In this document: in pieces, positions 62,240 through 64,000 of the stretch
How the letters are laid out: each line of letters starts with the position of its first letter
How positions within the stretch are numbered: position 1 is the stretch's first letter
NCBI RefSeq assembly: GCF_000143415.4
Contig: NW_003314354.1
Location: 652,705 to 716,704, forward strand
From: Selaginella moellendorffii
Taxonomy: Eukaryota > Plantae > Lycopodiophyta
Length of the DNA stretch: 64,000 nucleotides
Direction of reading: 5' to 3'
The notes under the pieces: model-generated
Databases searched by the model: none
Told to the model about the DNA's origin: nothing
The model's input: the letters and a program-made list of their open reading frames with translations, nothing else
Program-made: the position numbers and the translations under genes

Positions 62240-64000
62240 GGCTGAGGAAGAAGATTTTTGTTTTGTATCACTTTGGTTTCAGGTTTTGTAAACTGCGCAA
62301 GCATGAGACAGGGTTTTGTCTCAAACTCCAGTCTGTGATGGAGTTTGTCAAGTTTCCCTCCCTTCCTGAAAACAAGGGTACAAAAAAAATGTCAACATCT
62401 ATGCAACCCATAAAGTTTCTCTTGTTTACATGCTCATCCAAAAGATTTGCCAAGATCAATCTACATTCTTGCCTCCCACGGGAATCTCCAGTCTGTGATG
62501 GAGTTTGTCAAGTTTCCTCCTTCCAAGGAAAACAAGAGTACAATCAAATTAAAATCTACATGGAAATATACATAGAGATACCTATAGCAGCTCTTTGCAA
62601 AGCAAGCTGGGCAGATTGCTGTGATGCACCTTTCTAATTGCGTGCAGTCTGCAAAAGAATGCCATGAAAGAGAGAGCAAATCCGCAAGTGAAATATTGAA
62701 GCACTCCTTGCCTACTGGGAGGCAAATGCTTGACAGCCTAAGAGCATGAGTTATAACTATCAATAGTCTTCAATAAACATCCTTTTGCAACCAAAAGAAC
62801 AAAGAGAGACTGCGAGAGGACAATAGCCTAAAGACAATATGTGATGTCAAGAGACTCCTAAGTCAAGTGGTTTGTGAATAAAAGTTTGTAGCTGCGCTCT
62901 TTTTATGAAATGTCCAAGCGGCGTCATCAAAGGCATCTGCTGCTCCGTCTTTGATAAGAAATGTTTACCTACTGGACGTGGAAGGCAGGAATGCAGATTG
63001 CTCTTGGCAAATCTTTTGACAAGAGAAACTTTATGAGTTTGGAGTGACGCGACATCTTTTTTTCATTCTACATTGTTGCATCCATCTAAAAGTTTAACTA
63101 TAGATGGGCTTCCCTTCATAGGGTCAGTGATAGAGATAGTTTTCCCAGACGATGACATCTTCCAATCTCCAATCAGCATATATACATCAAGGTACGAACA
63201 CTCAAGTTCGAGCTTCTCTCGTCCTTCAAATTATAGGTCACGCGACCAGAAAACTAATAAAACGTTTCAAGTTATGGTGCTCCATTCGGTCACCTGCTAC
63301 TCTGTCACGTGGGACCTGGATTGGATGTGTGGCCTTTGATGGTGCTGACATGGTGGAAAATTTATTCCAATTTAGGGTACAATGCTGCCTGGTTTCCCGT
63401 CACGAGAACTAACTGTTCAAGTTCAAGTGGAGCATGAGCCTGACATTCTTCTAGATGTACGTGATACATTGGACATAGGTTATCATGCCGACACTTTCAA
63501 TTACATGGCACCTCCATCGCCTGCATCGCCCTTTGAAACTCTTCACAGCTGTACACATCCTCGATCCCCAGTTCACGGAAGCGCAGAACCTGGAACTCCT
63601 GTCGAAAAGGTAAATTTCATCGTATAACTCGCTAATGAGTGGTTTTGCTACCTGAGGTAAGGTCAGAAACTTCGAGGAAAAGAACAAAGTGTCAGGGACA
63701 CAACACCAACATGTAAAGTATTGTACTGTTTGATAATTTTCTACGTCCTTTTAGCTTGTAGAACAAGCTCTGAAAGAAAGACAAAACTTTTATGCAAGAC
63801 GGAAGGCTAAAATAGAAAAAACTAAAGAAGACAACAGGAAAGTCCTCCTTTATACGAAAAGTCTCCAACTGCTTATACGCTGCAGGAGCAAAGAAAAGGG
63901 TCACATTGCTGCTTTTAAAATGTCAAGAAATGACTGGGAAGCTGTTGCATCAATTATCGACTTGACTAAACACTTCACAATGAAGGACAACAGGGGAAAC
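62240..64000 (+). CDS. Uncharacterised multi-exon gene or pseudogene running off the window end
   Basis: Coding-like segments with splice signals (DGLPFIGSVIEIVFPDD.., ELTVQVQVEHEPDILLD..PVEK|gt, LVEQALKERQNF.. open to the end). The 5' part has stops and a 160-bp-period duplication (62326, 62486). Confidence 0.35.

Overview
This is eukaryotic land-plant genomic DNA. Short (~45-60 nt) introns, a PLS-class PPR remnant, a xyloglucan fucosyltransferase and flagellar/centriolar genes point to a seed-free plant with motile sperm; a Selaginella-like lycophyte is my inference. Four apparently intact host genes are present: CFAP206 (21.2-23.7 kb), an intronless GT37 xyloglucan fucosyltransferase (24.8-26.3 kb), a plant multi-pass 'DPLxGFxKYxGGFN' membrane protein (36.0-37.8 kb) and a CCDC15-like protein with a duplicated Cys-rich domain (57.7-59.4 kb, minus). 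The rest is transposon-rich: three Helitron 3' ends with Rep/Pif1 relics, several decayed Ty3/Gypsy elements, a TRIM and a solo LTR nested in a decayed chromovirus, and gene-fragment pseudogenes (NUA/TPR, trihelix, kinase, PPR, lipase). There are two 100-N gaps. The most striking item is a young 3.3-kb LTR element at 41282-44615. It has identical 112-bp LTRs and a 5-bp TSD. It keeps an intact Gag and an intact integrase-chromodomain ORF but lacks protease and RT, and its RNase H is broken. It also carries an array of stem-loops whose stems differ but whose loop is conserved, C-[CGU(A)U(U)]-G: 8 in the 3' UTR, 1 in the RNase H relic and a variant in each LTR. All protein family assignments come from motif recognition and memory, not database searches.
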